Shown piece by piece: positions 46,212-55,319 of a stretch of DNA of 64,000 nucleotides; position 1 is the first letter of the stretch, and every line of letters begins with the position of its first letter. A program made the position numbers and the translations under genes. This DNA is from Candidatus Omnitrophota bacterium (GTDB lineage Bacteria; Omnitrophota; Gorgyraeia; Gygaellales; Profunditerraquicolaceae), in the NCBI GenBank assembly GCA_041661605.1, contig JBAZUE010000001.1:478928-542927 (forward strand), in the 5' to 3' direction. The notes under the pieces were generated by a model. The model had not been told where the DNA came from, made no database searches, and saw only the letters and a list, made by a program, of their open reading frames with translations.

Positions 46212-47668
46212 TTTGCTTTTTCTTTCTCAGAAAAAACCTCGGCGTTAAATATATAAAGCTCGGTATCCTTGTCCTTCCAGGCATCCTGAGGCAGGCCGGC
46301 TTTATGGGCACAAAGATTATTCAAGAATTCTTCCTTGCTCCAGCCGGTCTCCATGGCTACCTGAGGCAGGAAAACACCGCTTTGATAACCTTTACGCACA
46401 AGTACTCCATGTTTGCCCAACTCTATATTTTCTGCCGAATCCACTTTTTTTAAAGGTGATAAAACGGAGATTTCTATTTCCACATCCTTAAGCTCCGATG
46501 AAGTAAGCGGGGAAAACCGCGGATCATCAAATGCCGCTTCAACCGCCATGTCCCTCACAGTCAGATAAAGAGGCTGGCTGGCGGAAAGATTACCGATACA
46601 ACCCCTTAACTGGCCATGCATATTGAGCGTGACAAAAGCTCCCATTTCCTGTTTTAATACCGGCTCATCCCCGGTAAGTTCCATTTTCTTGCCTGTACGC
46701 AGATATGTATCGATCGAGCCGCGGGCAATCTCAAGCAGCTTATTTCTTTGCTGGTTATTCAACATATGGTCTCCTTCCGGATTATAAATGGCTATACTAG
46801 TATAACCTACTGTCCATTGGCCATCAGTATTGCGGCCGGTTACTACCGCAGAATTCGTATGATTCAAGATTTCAACTTTATCATATCCGGCTTCCTTTGC
46901 TATATTTAAGGCAATCACCGCGCCAAACCCGCCGCAGGCTTGCGCCTTTTCATCGCGTAAAGAATAATATAAGCCCTCATAATCCATTTTCTTAATCAGT
47001 TCCAGGGTCAACATATCTGTTTGATCCGCTTCTTTAATATTATAACCATGGTATAAATCCGTAGATACAACCAATAAAACATCCTTGCGGTTGCCTATTG
47101 CCTCCTTAAGCAAAGAGGCAATGATTTTACAAGCAGAAAACGAACAATCTCCGATAACTACCGGGACAATCTTAAAATCACCAAGCACGCTTTGTAAAAA
47201 CGGCAGCTGCACCTCGACTGAATGCTCTTGGCTAAAAGCGGATTCATCAGCAAAAATATCATTGCTCTTACCGATCAACTTACTAGTGAACTGGTCATCT
47301 ACTTTCAATATGCCGAGACTTGTCTTAAAAGACCCCTGGGCATAGACAGCGGCTCCGCTGAAAGGTTTATGGTGGCTGGTGCCGAGTATAACTACGGTTT
47401 TATAAGGCCTTCCTTTGATAAGCTTATAACCATATGCGGCGGTTTGGCCAGAATAACCATACCCCGCATGAGGGCTGATAAGGACAAAAACCTGTCCAAG
47501 TACGGGGTTAGGGCATGCCTTTTCCAGGAAATTACCCAGCATTGCAGATAATGCTGCTTTTCCGTCGGGATAAAACTCTCCGGAAAAATCAGGCTGTTTT
47601 GTTCCGGCAAAACAAGTAGAAAAATGGAATAATGATAAAAATAATAAGGAGATTGTTTTAAGTTTCAT
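46208..47668 (-). CDS. Memo-like (AmmeMemoRadiSam protein B) fused to AMMECR1 domain (protein A), with N-terminal signal peptide
   Basis: MKLKTISLLFLSLFHFSTCFA|GTK. The Memo part has GEFYPDG, ISPHAGYGYSG, HSVEVQLPFL. The AMMECR1 part has GAFVTLNMHGQLRGCIG. Confidence 0.75.
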   Translation of the reverse strand: MKLKTISLLFLSLFHFSTCFAGTKQPDFSGEFYPDGKAALSAMLGNFLEKACPNPVLGQVFVLISPHAGYGYSGQTAAYGYKLIKGRPYKTVVILGTSHHKPFSGAAVYAQGSFKTSLGILKVDDQFTSKLIGKSNDIFADESAFSQEHSVEVQLPFLQSVLGDFKIVPVVIGDCSFSACKIIASLLKEAIGNRKDVLLVVSTDLYHGYNIKEADQTDMLTLELIKKMDYEGLYYSLRDEKAQACGGFGAVIALNIAKEAGYDKVEILNHTNSAVVTGRNTDGQWTVGYTSIAIYNPEGDHMLNNQQRNKLLEIARGSIDTYLRTGKKMELTGDEPVLKQEMGAFVTLNMHGQLRGCIGNLSASQPLYLTVRDMAVEAAFDDPRFSPLTSSELKDVEIEISVLSPLKKVDSAENIELGKHGVLVRKGYQSGVFLPQVAMETGWSKEEFLNNLCAHKAGLPQDAWKDKDTELYIFNAEVFSEKEKAK

Positions 47669-47764
47669 GGATGTTGACTTAAGGCACTACGCTCGCTGCT
47701 CGGCTTGTCGCCTCGCTACGCTCGCTTAAGTGCCACTTGAATTTTCCTTGCCGGAAAATTCAAG

Positions 47765-47837
47765 TGGAGCTGGGGAGAATCGAACTCCCGACCCCCTCGT
47801 TGCGAACGAGGTGCTCTCCCAACTGAGCTACAGCCCC
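47765..47837 (-). tRNA. tRNA-Ala (anticodon CGC)
   Basis: GGGGCUGUAGCUCAGUUGGGAGAGCACCUCGUUCGCAACGAGGGGGUCGGGAGUUCGAUUCUCCCCAGCUCCA. It folds as a cloverleaf with G3:U70, anticodon loop UUCGCAA and a T-loop GGUUCGAUU-like element. CCA is not encoded. Confidence 0.95.
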
Positions 47838-47864
47838 GGTTTATTAAAACCCGTAAATTTCTAA

Positions 47865-48449
47865 CTAATTCCAGGTCTTGCCAAATCTTACGTTTTCCTG
47901 CTTACCATTAATTTCTATATCCACAGAATCAACATTAACTTTAATAATCCTAAAATCGCCCATCGTGTCCCCTTCAAAAACAACTTTATTATTTATTAAA
48001 ACCGAATTTCTCTTGTTATTAGCGTCAAAATATATATCCTGAAGAGCATATTGTTCTTTTTTAATCTCCAAATTCTTCCCCTTTGTTCCTTCTATCTTTG
48101 ATTTTACATATTTGTACAAAGGGTTTTTAGTTAAAGCGCCCCTGATTTCTTCCCAACCTGCCTGGAATTTTTTATTTATTAACAGATTGAACCCATTGGT
48201 ATATTGAGATCTTTCATTTACCTGAATACCATATGTGCCAAACGCGCAGACCAAGAGAATAACAATAGGTGATAATATTTTCTTAAATAATCCTATTGCT
48301 GTCTTAAATATTTCTACTAGATAATACCGCCAAAAAAAACTTCTTAACGTTTTCTTGCAGGTAGGACATACTTTCCAGGGGGTAGGAAAATATTCGTTGC
48401 ATTTGGGGCAGTATTTCAAAAATTGTTTTTCAAGTTTACCTTTTTCCAT
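47865..48449 (-). CDS. zinc-ribbon / single-TM protein with GspB/PilP-like C-terminal domain
   Basis: CPKCNEYF...CPTCKK, a TM helix, and the C-terminus NSVLINNKVVFEGDTMGDFRIIKVNVDSVDIEINGKQENV (the a.ing.....GD...g..v..I....V.l pattern). Confidence 0.45.
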   Translation of the reverse strand: MEKGKLEKQFLKYCPKCNEYFPTPWKVCPTCKKTLRSFFWRYYLVEIFKTAIGLFKKILSPIVILLVCAFGTYGIQVNERSQYTNGFNLLINKKFQAGWEEIRGALTKNPLYKYVKSKIEGTKGKNLEIKKEQYALQDIYFDANNKRNSVLINNKVVFEGDTMGDFRIIKVNVDSVDIEINGKQENVRFGKTWN

Positions 48450-48485
48450 TTTATTCCTTTTTTAAAGGTGAGAGGATACGAATTT

Positions 48486-49070
48486 TTATTGCGCGGGAGA
48501 ACTAGGGCAAACTAAACGCGTTTTCATGGCAATTTGGGGGTTGTCTGAACTAACCGCAACAGCAGGATCATACCTGCCTACCAAACCAACATCAACTGCC
48601 ATGCCATTATCAGTAATCCGGGCATAAAAACCTGCGGTTGGATAATCCGGCATTACAGTGGCCGAAAAATTACTGATAATTTTTTCACTTAAAACTTCGG
48701 TAGTAGCAATGAATATAACCTTTAAGGCATTACCGTCTAAATAAAAAGTGATCCATGGATCATCAACTAAGTTACCCGGAGTCCTGGGGGTATTTAAATC
48801 CACACGTACCTGAAAACCTGTTTGCACTCCCGCAGCAGGATACCTCCTGATCGCAGGGTTGTCAAATTCTCCGACACCCTGCTGCACATATTTACTTATA
48901 TAGTCAAGAGCATAAGAAATCTGATTCTGCACTTTAACCCGCTTATCCGAACTGATTACATGATTCCTGCTGAATAAATCAATGCTGAAGAAACCCAAAA
49001 GAACCAGCGACATCAAAATTATCGCCATAATCAACTCTATCAGGCTTGAAGCAGATTTGCTCTTAGGCAT
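48486..49070 (-). CDS. prepilin-type minor pseudopilin
   Basis: MPKSKSA|SSLIELIMAIILMSLVLLG is a class III signal-like sequence with E at +5 and Ala at -1. Confidence 0.6.
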   Translation of the reverse strand: MPKSKSASSLIELIMAIILMSLVLLGFFSIDLFSRNHVISSDKRVKVQNQISYALDYISKYVQQGVGEFDNPAIRRYPAAGVQTGFQVRVDLNTPRTPGNLVDDPWITFYLDGNALKVIFIATTEVLSEKIISNFSATVMPDYPTAGFYARITDNGMAVDVGLVGRYDPAVAVSSDNPQIAMKTRLVCPSSPAQ

Positions 49071-49073
49071 TTG

Positions 49074-49499
49074 TTAAGGAGAGACTTCGGTCCAGTTAAT
49101 CGTAACTTTTACCCTGCGCAAATTTGTGCTAAAAGTAGCAACATCATATCGCGCCGTGTAATCAATATTATTTACTTTTCTATGGAGTGCCAACGAAGGA
49201 CACGCTGGATTTTGGTTAGTCCCGCTTGCATCGCAATAAGTGGTGCCAACGGTCAAAGCGTTATTAACCGTATCCCAGTTGTCCTGCCGCACGGCTAATT
49301 GGAGCGGATCAAGAAAAAGCTTACCCATTTCACTGCTGGTCATACGCTCCATGGAATGCAGGACTTGGCGTTTACCAGAAACAAAAACACTAGCTAATCC
49401 GCCCATTACCAGAGCAAATATAACTGTTGATATAATTACCTCAAACAGCGTAGTAGAACGCTTACCGCAGATTAAGGCGGGCATCCCGTACCAGAGCAA
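49074..49499 (-). CDS. prepilin-type minor pseudopilin
   Basis: ..CGKRS|TTLFEVIISTVIFALVMGG, with E at +5 and Ser at -1. Start uncertain (TTG 49499 or ATG 49484). Confidence 0.5.
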   Translation of the reverse strand: MLWYGMPALICGKRSTTLFEVIISTVIFALVMGGLASVFVSGKRQVLHSMERMTSSEMGKLFLDPLQLAVRQDNWDTVNNALTVGTTYCDASGTNQNPACPSLALHRKVNNIDYTARYDVATFSTNLRRVKVTINWTEVSP

Positions 49500-49873
49500 G
49501 TAGGAGCGCTCCCAGTATTAGTTAAAGTCCAAACCCTGCCGCCACTGCCTACGCGCGTAGCAGTAGTTTGGTTTCCAATTCCATCCGCAGTATAACCCCA
49601 AGATACTCCACTAGAAGGCAGGTTAACCTTTAGATAAGTGTTTATATCAGCAATTACGCTGGTAGCGCCGCCCGGAGGATAGTAAGAACCTCCTGACTCC
49701 ATCCTATAAATCTTTTCCGCTGCCTGCATAAGCCCGAGGCTAGCCCTGGCTTCCCTATCCAATGCCCGTTCCCTGCTGGTCGCAAAACCAGGCAAGGCCA
49801 AAGCAGCCAGGACACCAATAATAACGATTACAATCAACAGTTCCATTAAAGTAAAGCTTCTTTTAATCAGCAT
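49472..49873 (-). CDS. type IV pilin / GspG-like pseudopilin
   Basis: MLIKRS|FTLMELLIVIVIIGVLAALALPGF. C-terminal Cys pair PTCSGTGCPP. Confidence 0.75.
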   Translation of the reverse strand: MLIKRSFTLMELLIVIVIIGVLAALALPGFATSRERALDREARASLGLMQAAEKIYRMESGGSYYPPGGATSVIADINTYLKVNLPSSGVSWGYTADGIGNQTTATRVGSGGRVWTLTNTGSAPTCSGTGCPP

Positions 49874-49889
49874 TCTTTAACTACTCCTC

Positions 49890-50270
49890 TTAATAACCCG
49901 CAGAACCGCCCCAGGTACCGCCAACATCCACAGTCTTGGTATAAGCTGCTGCGCCTTGGGGAGTTTTTCCACCGGCAGTACATCTGGTTGCAGTACAGGT
50001 CCCGGTAGCCGCAGAACATGAATAAGAAAAATAATGCGTAGTGGCACAGGCTGAAGGAGCCGACACACCTAAGTTAGCTACTGTCGCATATGCTCCATTC
50101 TCCATGTTTTCAGCTATTTCGGCGCTTCTAAGGGAACCTAATATCAACCTTGCTTCAGCAGCACGGCCTTTTTCAACTACCTTAGTATACTGCGTCATAC
50201 CTACAGAGGCCAGGATACCGACGATAATGATAACTACGATAAGTTCAATAAGCGTAAAACCTTTTCTCAT
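49890..50270 (-). CDS. type IV pilin / GspG-like major (pseudo)pilin
   Basis: ATG 50270 with SD AGGAG. MRKG|FTLIELIVVIIIVGILASVGMTQY is canonical (G-1, F+1, E+5). The C-terminus is Cys-rich. The track ORF (to 50345) includes a duplicated RBS/start. Confidence 0.8.
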   Translation of the reverse strand: MRKGFTLIELIVVIIIVGILASVGMTQYTKVVEKGRAAEARLILGSLRSAEIAENMENGAYATVANLGVSAPSACATTHYFSYSCSAATGTCTATRCTAGGKTPQGAAAYTKTVDVGGTWGGSAGY

Positions 50271-50301
50271 CTTAACTCCTCCTTTTCTCATTTTAACTCC
50301 T
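50260..50301 (-). repeat. 21-bp tandem duplication of the pilin RBS plus start codon
   Basis: ccttttctcatcttaactcct (50260-50280) and ccttttctcattttaactcct (50281-50301), with 1 mismatch. On the coding strand this reads AGGAGTTAAaATGAGAAAAGG AGGAGTTAAgATGAGAAAAGG. Confidence 0.9.
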
Positions 50302-50348
50302 CCGTTGCTTGGAAACATTTTAAACCATATTTTTGGAAATGTCAATAA

Positions 50349-51587
50349 TTATCCTCCGATTTTTGAAATCTCAAATATCGGCAAAAAGATACCCGTAATC
50401 ATAATACCTATAACCCCTCCGATAAAAACCAGCACAAAAGGCTCAAACATAGAAACAAAACGCGCCAGGAAGACCTCGCAATAATCCTGATAAAAAGTGT
50501 TGATCTTTTTAAACATCTGGGGCAGTTCTCCAATCTCTTCCCCGATGCTTACCATTTGCACGAACATGGGGTCAAAAAAAGCGCTTTTCTCCAAAGGTTC
50601 ACGTAAAGATTTTCCCTCGCGCACATCTTCTTTAACTTTACGGATGATATCAGCCATAATCAAATTGCCCACGCTGCGTTCGGATATTTCCAGAGAATAA
50701 AGAATGGGTACCCCCGATTCCAAAAGCGTGGACATTTCCGATGAAAATCTTTCTACGTTCAAAGCTACAAAAAACTCGCCAAATACCGGAATTTTAAACT
50801 TAAAATTCTCAAAATTTCTCCTGCCTGTTTTAGTCTTAACGTATTTCTTAAAAGCAAAGATAATTCCGGCGATACCCAGGATTATCGTAATCATATTAAA
50901 CCTTAAGAAATCACTTACTTTTAATAATATCTGCGTAAGCACGGGCAGGGTGATATTGAACCCCTTGAATATCTCCGCAAAAGTAGGCACTATTTTTACC
51001 GCCATTAAAAACAACGCCGCTAAACCCGCGGTCAAAAGTATACCCGGATAAATCAAAGCCGAGATAATCTTGCCCCTGAACTCGGCGTCCCTTTCCAAAT
51101 ACGTAGCCAGACGGCTTAACACTACTGCCAAATTTCCGCTGGCCTCCCCGCTCTCAACAAGGTTTACCCAAAGATCCGTGAAAACTTTTGGATGTTTGGC
51201 CATTGCCTCATGGAAGCTTAAGCCGGACTCCATGTTTTTTTGTAAATCCAGGACAACAAAGTAAAGTTTTTTACTGACTACCTGTTTAGAGATAATATCC
51301 AGGCTTTTAAGAATGGTAACCCCTGCCCCAAGTAAAGTTGCTAATTGCCGGCAGAAAAGGGTAAGGTCATCAGCGCTGATACTATTACGCTTCTGCTTGA
51401 TTTTGTCTTTGATAACCGGCTTAATTGTGCTGCTCTTAAAAGCTTCGGTATTCTCAGGAATAACACTGATTACAATCAATCCCCGGGATTGAATCCTGCT
51501 TACCACATCTTCCTGATCCAGCCCTTCTTCTATCCCGGTTTCTTTCTTTCCCGAAGTATCTCTGGAAATATAATAAAATTTCGGCAT
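50349..51587 (-). CDS. pilC: type II secretion / type IV pilus platform protein (GspF/PilC family)
   Basis: 412 aa with two T2SSF repeats and 3 TM helices. Motifs LATLLGAGVTILKSL and LLESGVPILYSL. Confidence 0.85.
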   Translation of the reverse strand: MPKFYYISRDTSGKKETGIEEGLDQEDVVSRIQSRGLIVISVIPENTEAFKSSTIKPVIKDKIKQKRNSISADDLTLFCRQLATLLGAGVTILKSLDIISKQVVSKKLYFVVLDLQKNMESGLSFHEAMAKHPKVFTDLWVNLVESGEASGNLAVVLSRLATYLERDAEFRGKIISALIYPGILLTAGLAALFLMAVKIVPTFAEIFKGFNITLPVLTQILLKVSDFLRFNMITIILGIAGIIFAFKKYVKTKTGRRNFENFKFKIPVFGEFFVALNVERFSSEMSTLLESGVPILYSLEISERSVGNLIMADIIRKVKEDVREGKSLREPLEKSAFFDPMFVQMVSIGEEIGELPQMFKKINTFYQDYCEVFLARFVSMFEPFVLVFIGGVIGIMITGIFLPIFEISKIGG

Positions 51588-53302
51588 TACTCCACTCCCA
51601 ATGTCACGGAGAAAACCTCTTCTAATGAAGTTATCCCGCTTTCAACCTTCTTAATCCCTGATTCATATAGAGTTTGCATACCCGCAGCCCTGGCTACCTC
51701 ACGTATTTTTAGATAAGGAGCCCTCTGGTTAATCAAATCCTGAATTTCTATAGTACAAGGCATAACCTCACAAATATTGGTCCTGCCCCTATAACCTGTA
51801 TTATTGCATTTAGGACATCCTTTATGCCGATAGATTAAATCCCCTTTAATTTTAGCGCCCTTTAATTGTTCGATAGTAGGTTCATAAGCCTCTTTACATT
51901 CCGGGCATAGCTTTCTAATCAATCTCTGGGCAATAACCACCAATAACGACGGGCCGAGCATATACGGCTCAACTCCAATATCCATAAGGCGGCTTGCCGC
52001 TGAAGGAGCATCATTAGTATGTAAAGTACTTAAAACCAAATGCCCGGTGAGCGCTGAACGGATACAGATCTGGGAAGTTTCCAAGTCCCTGACTTCCCCC
52101 ACCATCATAATGTCCGGATCCTGGCGCAAAAAACTGCGCAAGGCAGCGGCAAAAGTAAGGCCGACTTCAGGCTTGATCTGAACCTGGTTGATCCCGTCCA
52201 TTTTATACTCTACCGGGTCTTCAACGGTAACAATATTCTTCGAAGGATTCTTGATTTCGTTTAAAATCGCATAAAGAGTAGTTGACTTTCCACTCCCGGT
52301 AGGCCCGGTAACAAAAACTAAACCATACGGCTGGTTAATTGCTTTACGCACATGCTCCAGCTGCGTAGCATCAAAACCGGCAGAGCTTAAATCCAAAACT
52401 TTGTTGCCGCGGTCCAATATCCTCAATACCGCTTTTTCACCATAGATAGTCGGAATAATAGAAACACGGATATCAATAGGCCGGTCATTGATACGCACCA
52501 AAATTGCTCCGTCCTGCGGAAGTCGCTTCTCCGCGATATCCATCTTCGATAAGATCTTTACGCGTGAAACAATCGGCAGGTGCAGATGTTTTGCCGGAGG
52601 AGGTATTTCGCAAAGTTTTCCATCAATGCGATACCTTAAGGAAGTCCTTTCCTTAAAAGGCTCGATATGTATATCCGAAGCGCCTTCTTCAATTGCCTGG
52701 CGGATAATTAAATCCACTATTTTGACCACTGGCGCTTCTTCAGCGCGGGCAATCAGCTTGTCAAGGCTTAACTCCTGGCCTAACTCATCCCCTGTATCCT
52801 GCTCCGTTGTATCAATATCATAACTGGACTCGACAGCATCCCGCAACATCGCGGATTTACCGTAAAATTCCTCAATTGCTTTCTTTATATCCGAACGCGT
52901 GGCAATAACCGGGTTAATTTCACACCCGGTGAGTTTCTTTAGATTGTCTATAAGAATGAAATCCAGAGGATCGAACATTGCCACTGTAAGCGACCTGGCC
53001 GTACGCGATAAAGGCAACACATAATTCTTAAACGCGAACTCCTGCAAGATCAAATGCTCTAATCCCTGGCCAGCCACTGGTTTGAGCATGCCTGTGCCGA
53101 GAGCAAAAAATGGGACATTCAACTGTTTACCTAAAACAGCTACAATCTGCTCCTCTTTAACCATCTCCAGTTTAATCAAGACCTCTCCCAACCTGCCGGA
53201 TTCTTTCCTTTGAACGCTGATAGCTTTTTCCAGCTGGGTGGGCGTAATCAAACCTTCCCTGATAAGGAGTTCCCCGAGTCTTAAATACTTATCTTTTTGC
53301 AT
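51587..53302 (-). CDS. pilB: type II/IV secretion ATPase (GspE/PilB family)
   Basis: N-terminal T2SSE_N (LGELLIREGLITPTQLEKAI), Walker A GPTGSGKST, Asp/His boxes, tetracysteine CPECK...CPKCNNTGYRGR. Confidence 0.9.
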   Translation of the reverse strand: MQKDKYLRLGELLIREGLITPTQLEKAISVQRKESGRLGEVLIKLEMVKEEQIVAVLGKQLNVPFFALGTGMLKPVAGQGLEHLILQEFAFKNYVLPLSRTARSLTVAMFDPLDFILIDNLKKLTGCEINPVIATRSDIKKAIEEFYGKSAMLRDAVESSYDIDTTEQDTGDELGQELSLDKLIARAEEAPVVKIVDLIIRQAIEEGASDIHIEPFKERTSLRYRIDGKLCEIPPPAKHLHLPIVSRVKILSKMDIAEKRLPQDGAILVRINDRPIDIRVSIIPTIYGEKAVLRILDRGNKVLDLSSAGFDATQLEHVRKAINQPYGLVFVTGPTGSGKSTTLYAILNEIKNPSKNIVTVEDPVEYKMDGINQVQIKPEVGLTFAAALRSFLRQDPDIMMVGEVRDLETSQICIRSALTGHLVLSTLHTNDAPSAASRLMDIGVEPYMLGPSLLVVIAQRLIRKLCPECKEAYEPTIEQLKGAKIKGDLIYRHKGCPKCNNTGYRGRTNICEVMPCTIEIQDLINQRAPYLKIREVARAAGMQTLYESGIKKVESGITSLEEVFSVTLGVE

Positions 53303-54848
53303 TTTTGTCGAAATTATTCAAACTGGAATTAATCAAATAATCACGGTTAATATGCGTAACTACATTCTGTTCACGAATAGGCAGGCTGAACCTCTGCATC
53401 TGCTCTAATTTTACCTGGTTACTCTTGACAATCCGGGGAGTAATAAACACCAAAAGCTCCCTTTCTCTGTCCTTATCTTTATTCTTGTGCCTGAACAGTA
53501 AGCCAATTATAGGAATATCCCCTAAAACAGGCAGCTTGGTTATAGTTTCAGAGGTATCATTACGTATCAGGCCTCCGATAACCACTGTTTCACCATCTTT
53601 AATCCTTACTATGGATTTTGTGGAACGTTCTTCAGGATCTTTAAACGTAGTGTTAAAAGTGCTGGTAGATGCATCCTTTACCTTAGGATAAATAAACATG
53701 GTGATCTCCCCGGTATCGGAATTAATCTGAGGAGTTACCCTGAGGGAAACGCCGGTCTCCACTCTTTCGGCGCTGGTGGTAGTTGTTGAAGCCGTGCCCT
53801 GGCCTTGAGTATCGGTAATCTGGCCGATAGCCTCATTAGTAGTGATCTTAATTTCCGCGGGTTCATTATTTAGAGTCATAATCCTCGGCCTGGCTAATAT
53901 CTTAGTATCAGATTGCGATTTCAAGAAGTCAAATTGGATCTGATAAGGATTGCCTTGAGCAGTGCCCGTATCGTCAATAGAACCCGGATTAATATTCAAG
54001 GTCCCATCACCGGTGTTAAAAAGCTTGGTCCAACCGGCATAGGGGAACCCCGTACTTGCGGCAGCGCCAAATATATATGCTGTTAACGGTGTCTGGCCAT
54101 ATTTTACCCCCAGTTTATCTATCGCATTCTTGCTTACATCAAGCATTTCCACCTCTAACATAATTTGGGGAATTTCAATATCAAGAGCGGTAACTACCTG
54201 GATAATGACCTTCATCCGCGCAGGCGTATCCGTAACAATCAAGCTGTTAGTGCGGTAATCCTCAATTAATGAGCCATTAGCGGAAAGGAGCTTCTTGACG
54301 GCATAAGTGATCCCGGATTCATCTTCCACTTTCCATTTACCGGTTGAACTATCCCCTGAAGAAGAACTGCTTGAGGACCCGGAAGTAGACCCGGAGGACC
54401 CGGAAGTAGAGCTAGTGACTATATTTTTTGACTCCTCATCCTTCAGTGAAGAAGATGATACGCTGGCATGTTTTAAATAAAACACCTTGGTGGTTGTTTC
54501 AATTTCTATTTTTCCCAAATCCTTAACCACAAAAATATTAGCCTTTTTGTCAAGTTCATAAGAAAGGTTATTCGCGCTAAAGATCTTATCCATTGCCTGG
54601 CTCAAGGGGACCTTATCCAGGTAAAGAGTTACTTTCCTGTCAGCCACGCCCTCGGAAGCGATAAAATTCATCCCTGACTGCATGGAAAAAATCTTGAGTA
54701 TGTCCTTTATCCCGGCGTCCTGGAAATCCATAGAGATGATCGGCTCAGTTTCAGCGGGAGGCTGCTGCGTCTGCGCATTTAGATGCGGGATAAAAAATAC
54801 GCATACTATTGAAAAAATAAAAGCTAAAGTTAAAAAAGTTTTTTTCAT
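53289..54848 (-). CDS. secretin (GspD/PilQ family)
   Basis: Signal peptide, N-domains, a Ser-rich linker, and the secretin core ending in VPVLGDIPIIGLLFRHK...LLVFITPRIV. Confidence 0.85.
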   Translation of the reverse strand: MKKTFLTLAFIFSIVCVFFIPHLNAQTQQPPAETEPIISMDFQDAGIKDILKIFSMQSGMNFIASEGVADRKVTLYLDKVPLSQAMDKIFSANNLSYELDKKANIFVVKDLGKIEIETTTKVFYLKHASVSSSSLKDEESKNIVTSSTSGSSGSTSGSSSSSSSGDSSTGKWKVEDESGITYAVKKLLSANGSLIEDYRTNSLIVTDTPARMKVIIQVVTALDIEIPQIMLEVEMLDVSKNAIDKLGVKYGQTPLTAYIFGAAASTGFPYAGWTKLFNTGDGTLNINPGSIDDTGTAQGNPYQIQFDFLKSQSDTKILARPRIMTLNNEPAEIKITTNEAIGQITDTQGQGTASTTTTSAERVETGVSLRVTPQINSDTGEITMFIYPKVKDASTSTFNTTFKDPEERSTKSIVRIKDGETVVIGGLIRNDTSETITKLPVLGDIPIIGLLFRHKNKDKDRERELLVFITPRIVKSNQVKLEQMQRFSLPIREQNVVTHINRDYLINSSLNNFDKNAKR

Positions 54849-55318
54849 TATTCCTCCTTATTCCCTTTTATCTTACGTAAAGACGCATCATTACCGGGGG
54901 CAGCCAGATTGGCCGTCCTTCCGCCTAAATTCAAAGTAATTCCCTTTTTCTCTATGCTTACTATTTCGGCTCCGTTTATAGTATCCCCAACTCCTAATAT
55001 CTTATTATTAATAATGACTTGCGAAGTTTTACTGCCCAAGATTACTCCCTGCACTTTAAATTGCCCCAAATCAATCGCTGATTTCTCCGAATTTGCATCC
55101 TCTGGCGGCTCCTGGGCAGCCTTCTCCTCTTTTTCTTTTTTTTCTTTTTCTATGGCTGACTGCAAAAGGTCTCCAAATGGATCGCGAAGGTCTCCGGAGG
55201 TATATTCCATCACTGGGCGAGAAATTACCCCGTCGGGATTGCTATCCGCAAAGACAATAGGCGCAAAGCCCGCAGCAAATAGTAAAATAAACCATAGAAA
55301 TTTATCCGTTCTTCTCAT
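54848..55318 (-). CDS. PilP/GspB-like periplasmic protein
   Basis: Signal/anchor, an acidic KE-rich linker, and the C-terminus FKVQGVILGSKTSQVIINNKILGVGDTINGAEIVSIEKKGITL. Confidence 0.5.
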   Translation of the reverse strand: MRRTDKFLWFILLFAAGFAPIVFADSNPDGVISRPVMEYTSGDLRDPFGDLLQSAIEKEKKEKEEKAAQEPPEDANSEKSAIDLGQFKVQGVILGSKTSQVIINNKILGVGDTINGAEIVSIEKKGITLNLGGRTANLAAPGNDASLRKIKGNKEE

Positions 55319-55319
55319 A

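Noticed and set aside
47669-47864. Integrative element at tRNA-Ala
   Set aside because: There is no integrase, no repeat of the tRNA 3' end and no compositional island on either side. It is kept only as a low-interest structural note.
49877-50068. 63-aa minus-strand ORF inside the major pilin gene
   Set aside because: It is an alternative frame of a gene with a canonical prepilin N-terminus. No RBS.
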